Origin: an uncultured Chloroflexia bacterium
GTDB lineage: Bacteria; Chloroflexota; Anaerolineae; JAAYZQ01
DNA length: 64,000 bases
Direction of reading: 5' to 3'
Assembly: GCA_963700285.1 (NCBI GenBank)
Contig: CAVOXA010000015.1
Coordinates: 1 to 64,000 of the forward strand
Shown here: positions 60,791 through 64,000 of the stretch, piece after piece
Position numbering within the stretch: the first letter of the stretch is position 1
Layout of the letters: every line of letters begins with the position of its first letter
Program-made: the position numbers and the translations under genes
Notes under the pieces: generated by a model
Told to the model about the DNA's origin: nothing
Databases searched by the model: none
Seen by the model: the letters and a program-made list of their open reading frames with translations, nothing else

Positions 60791-61177
60791 ATGTACACCC
60801 TCGATGCCAGCGTCCACGTCAGCGCCCTGAATCCCTACGAGCCCGAGTCCGGCGCCAGTCAGGCCCTGCTGCGCCTGCTTCACCAGCGCCAGATCCCGCT
60901 CTTCTGCCCGACCCTGCTGCCTGTCGAAGTGGCCGCTGCGATCGCCCGCAGGATGGACGATCCCCATCGGGCCGTGGCCCTGGCCGCCCTCATCCGCAGT
61001 TGGCCCCACCAAACCCTGCTGCCCCTCGACGGCGCCCTGGCGGATTGCGCCATCGCGCTGGCAGCCGGCTTGCGGCTGCGAGGCGCCGACGCGGTCTATG
61101 CCGCCGTAGCCCAGCAGGCCGGTTCCACCCTGATCACCCTCGACCGCCAGCAGTTGGAGCGGCTCCGCCCGAGGTGA
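60791..61177 (+). CDS. vapC: VapC/PIN-domain toxin
   Basis: YTLDASV, PTLL.VEVAAA, LRGADAVYAAVA, LITLD..Q. Confidence 0.88.
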   Translation: MYTLDASVHVSALNPYEPESGASQALLRLLHQRQIPLFCPTLLPVEVAAAIARRMDDPHRAVALAALIRSWPHQTLLPLDGALADCAIALAAGLRLRGADAVYAAVAQQAGSTLITLDRQQLERLRPR

Positions 61178-61306
61178 GGACCGTGCGGCCGGCCGATCTG
61201 CTGGAAGAGTTGGAGCATGGCCTGATCCGGTGAAAGGCGATGTTGCTCCGCCCAGACCGTCTTCGTAGCTCATAGGCAAGCTAGCTCGAACAACCAGAGA
61301 AACAGC

Positions 61307-64000
<2,694 letters not shown>

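Overview
GC-rich bacterial DNA, most consistent with a Chloroflexota (Anaerolineae-like) genome. This is inferred from the translin-family gene, the PBP architecture and the gene set. It is probably a long-read assembly with residual indel errors, since rnj, the PBP, UDG and the SNF2 helicase are frameshifted. Positions ~1-28.5 kb are mostly housekeeping: aminotransferase, a degenerate DNA-methyltransferase-like protein, pfpI/pduO/nfo/M24 peptidase/DEAD helicase/translin, sdhCDAB, cbiX, ferritin, nitroreductase, class A PBP and tsaE-tsaB-rimI-udg-rnj. From ~28.6 kb to the end is an accessory region. It holds a dead transposase, two toxin-antitoxin pairs, integron-type attC sites with no integrase in the window, an IS3 element, two divergent PlsY-like genes, a B12 radical SAM gene, several hydrolases and the start of a SNF2 defence-type helicase. 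Two things stand out. (1) The region is punctuated by six co-oriented pieces of yjbQ: one intact gene, a 5' stub, a 3' stub and three copies of a 119-bp module that looks like a decayed yjbQ 5' half. Each piece is followed by different cargo, which suggests a yjbQ-anchored gene-capture hotspot. (2) One cargo block is an operon with a corrinoid protein, two pyrrolysine-free MtmB paralogs, a class III aminotransferase, a malic-enzyme variant with a rebuilt active-site loop and an amidohydrolase. This is a candidate undescribed N-demethylation/catabolic pathway. No rRNA, tRNA or CRISPR array was seen. All family assignments come from motif recognition by eye, not database searches.
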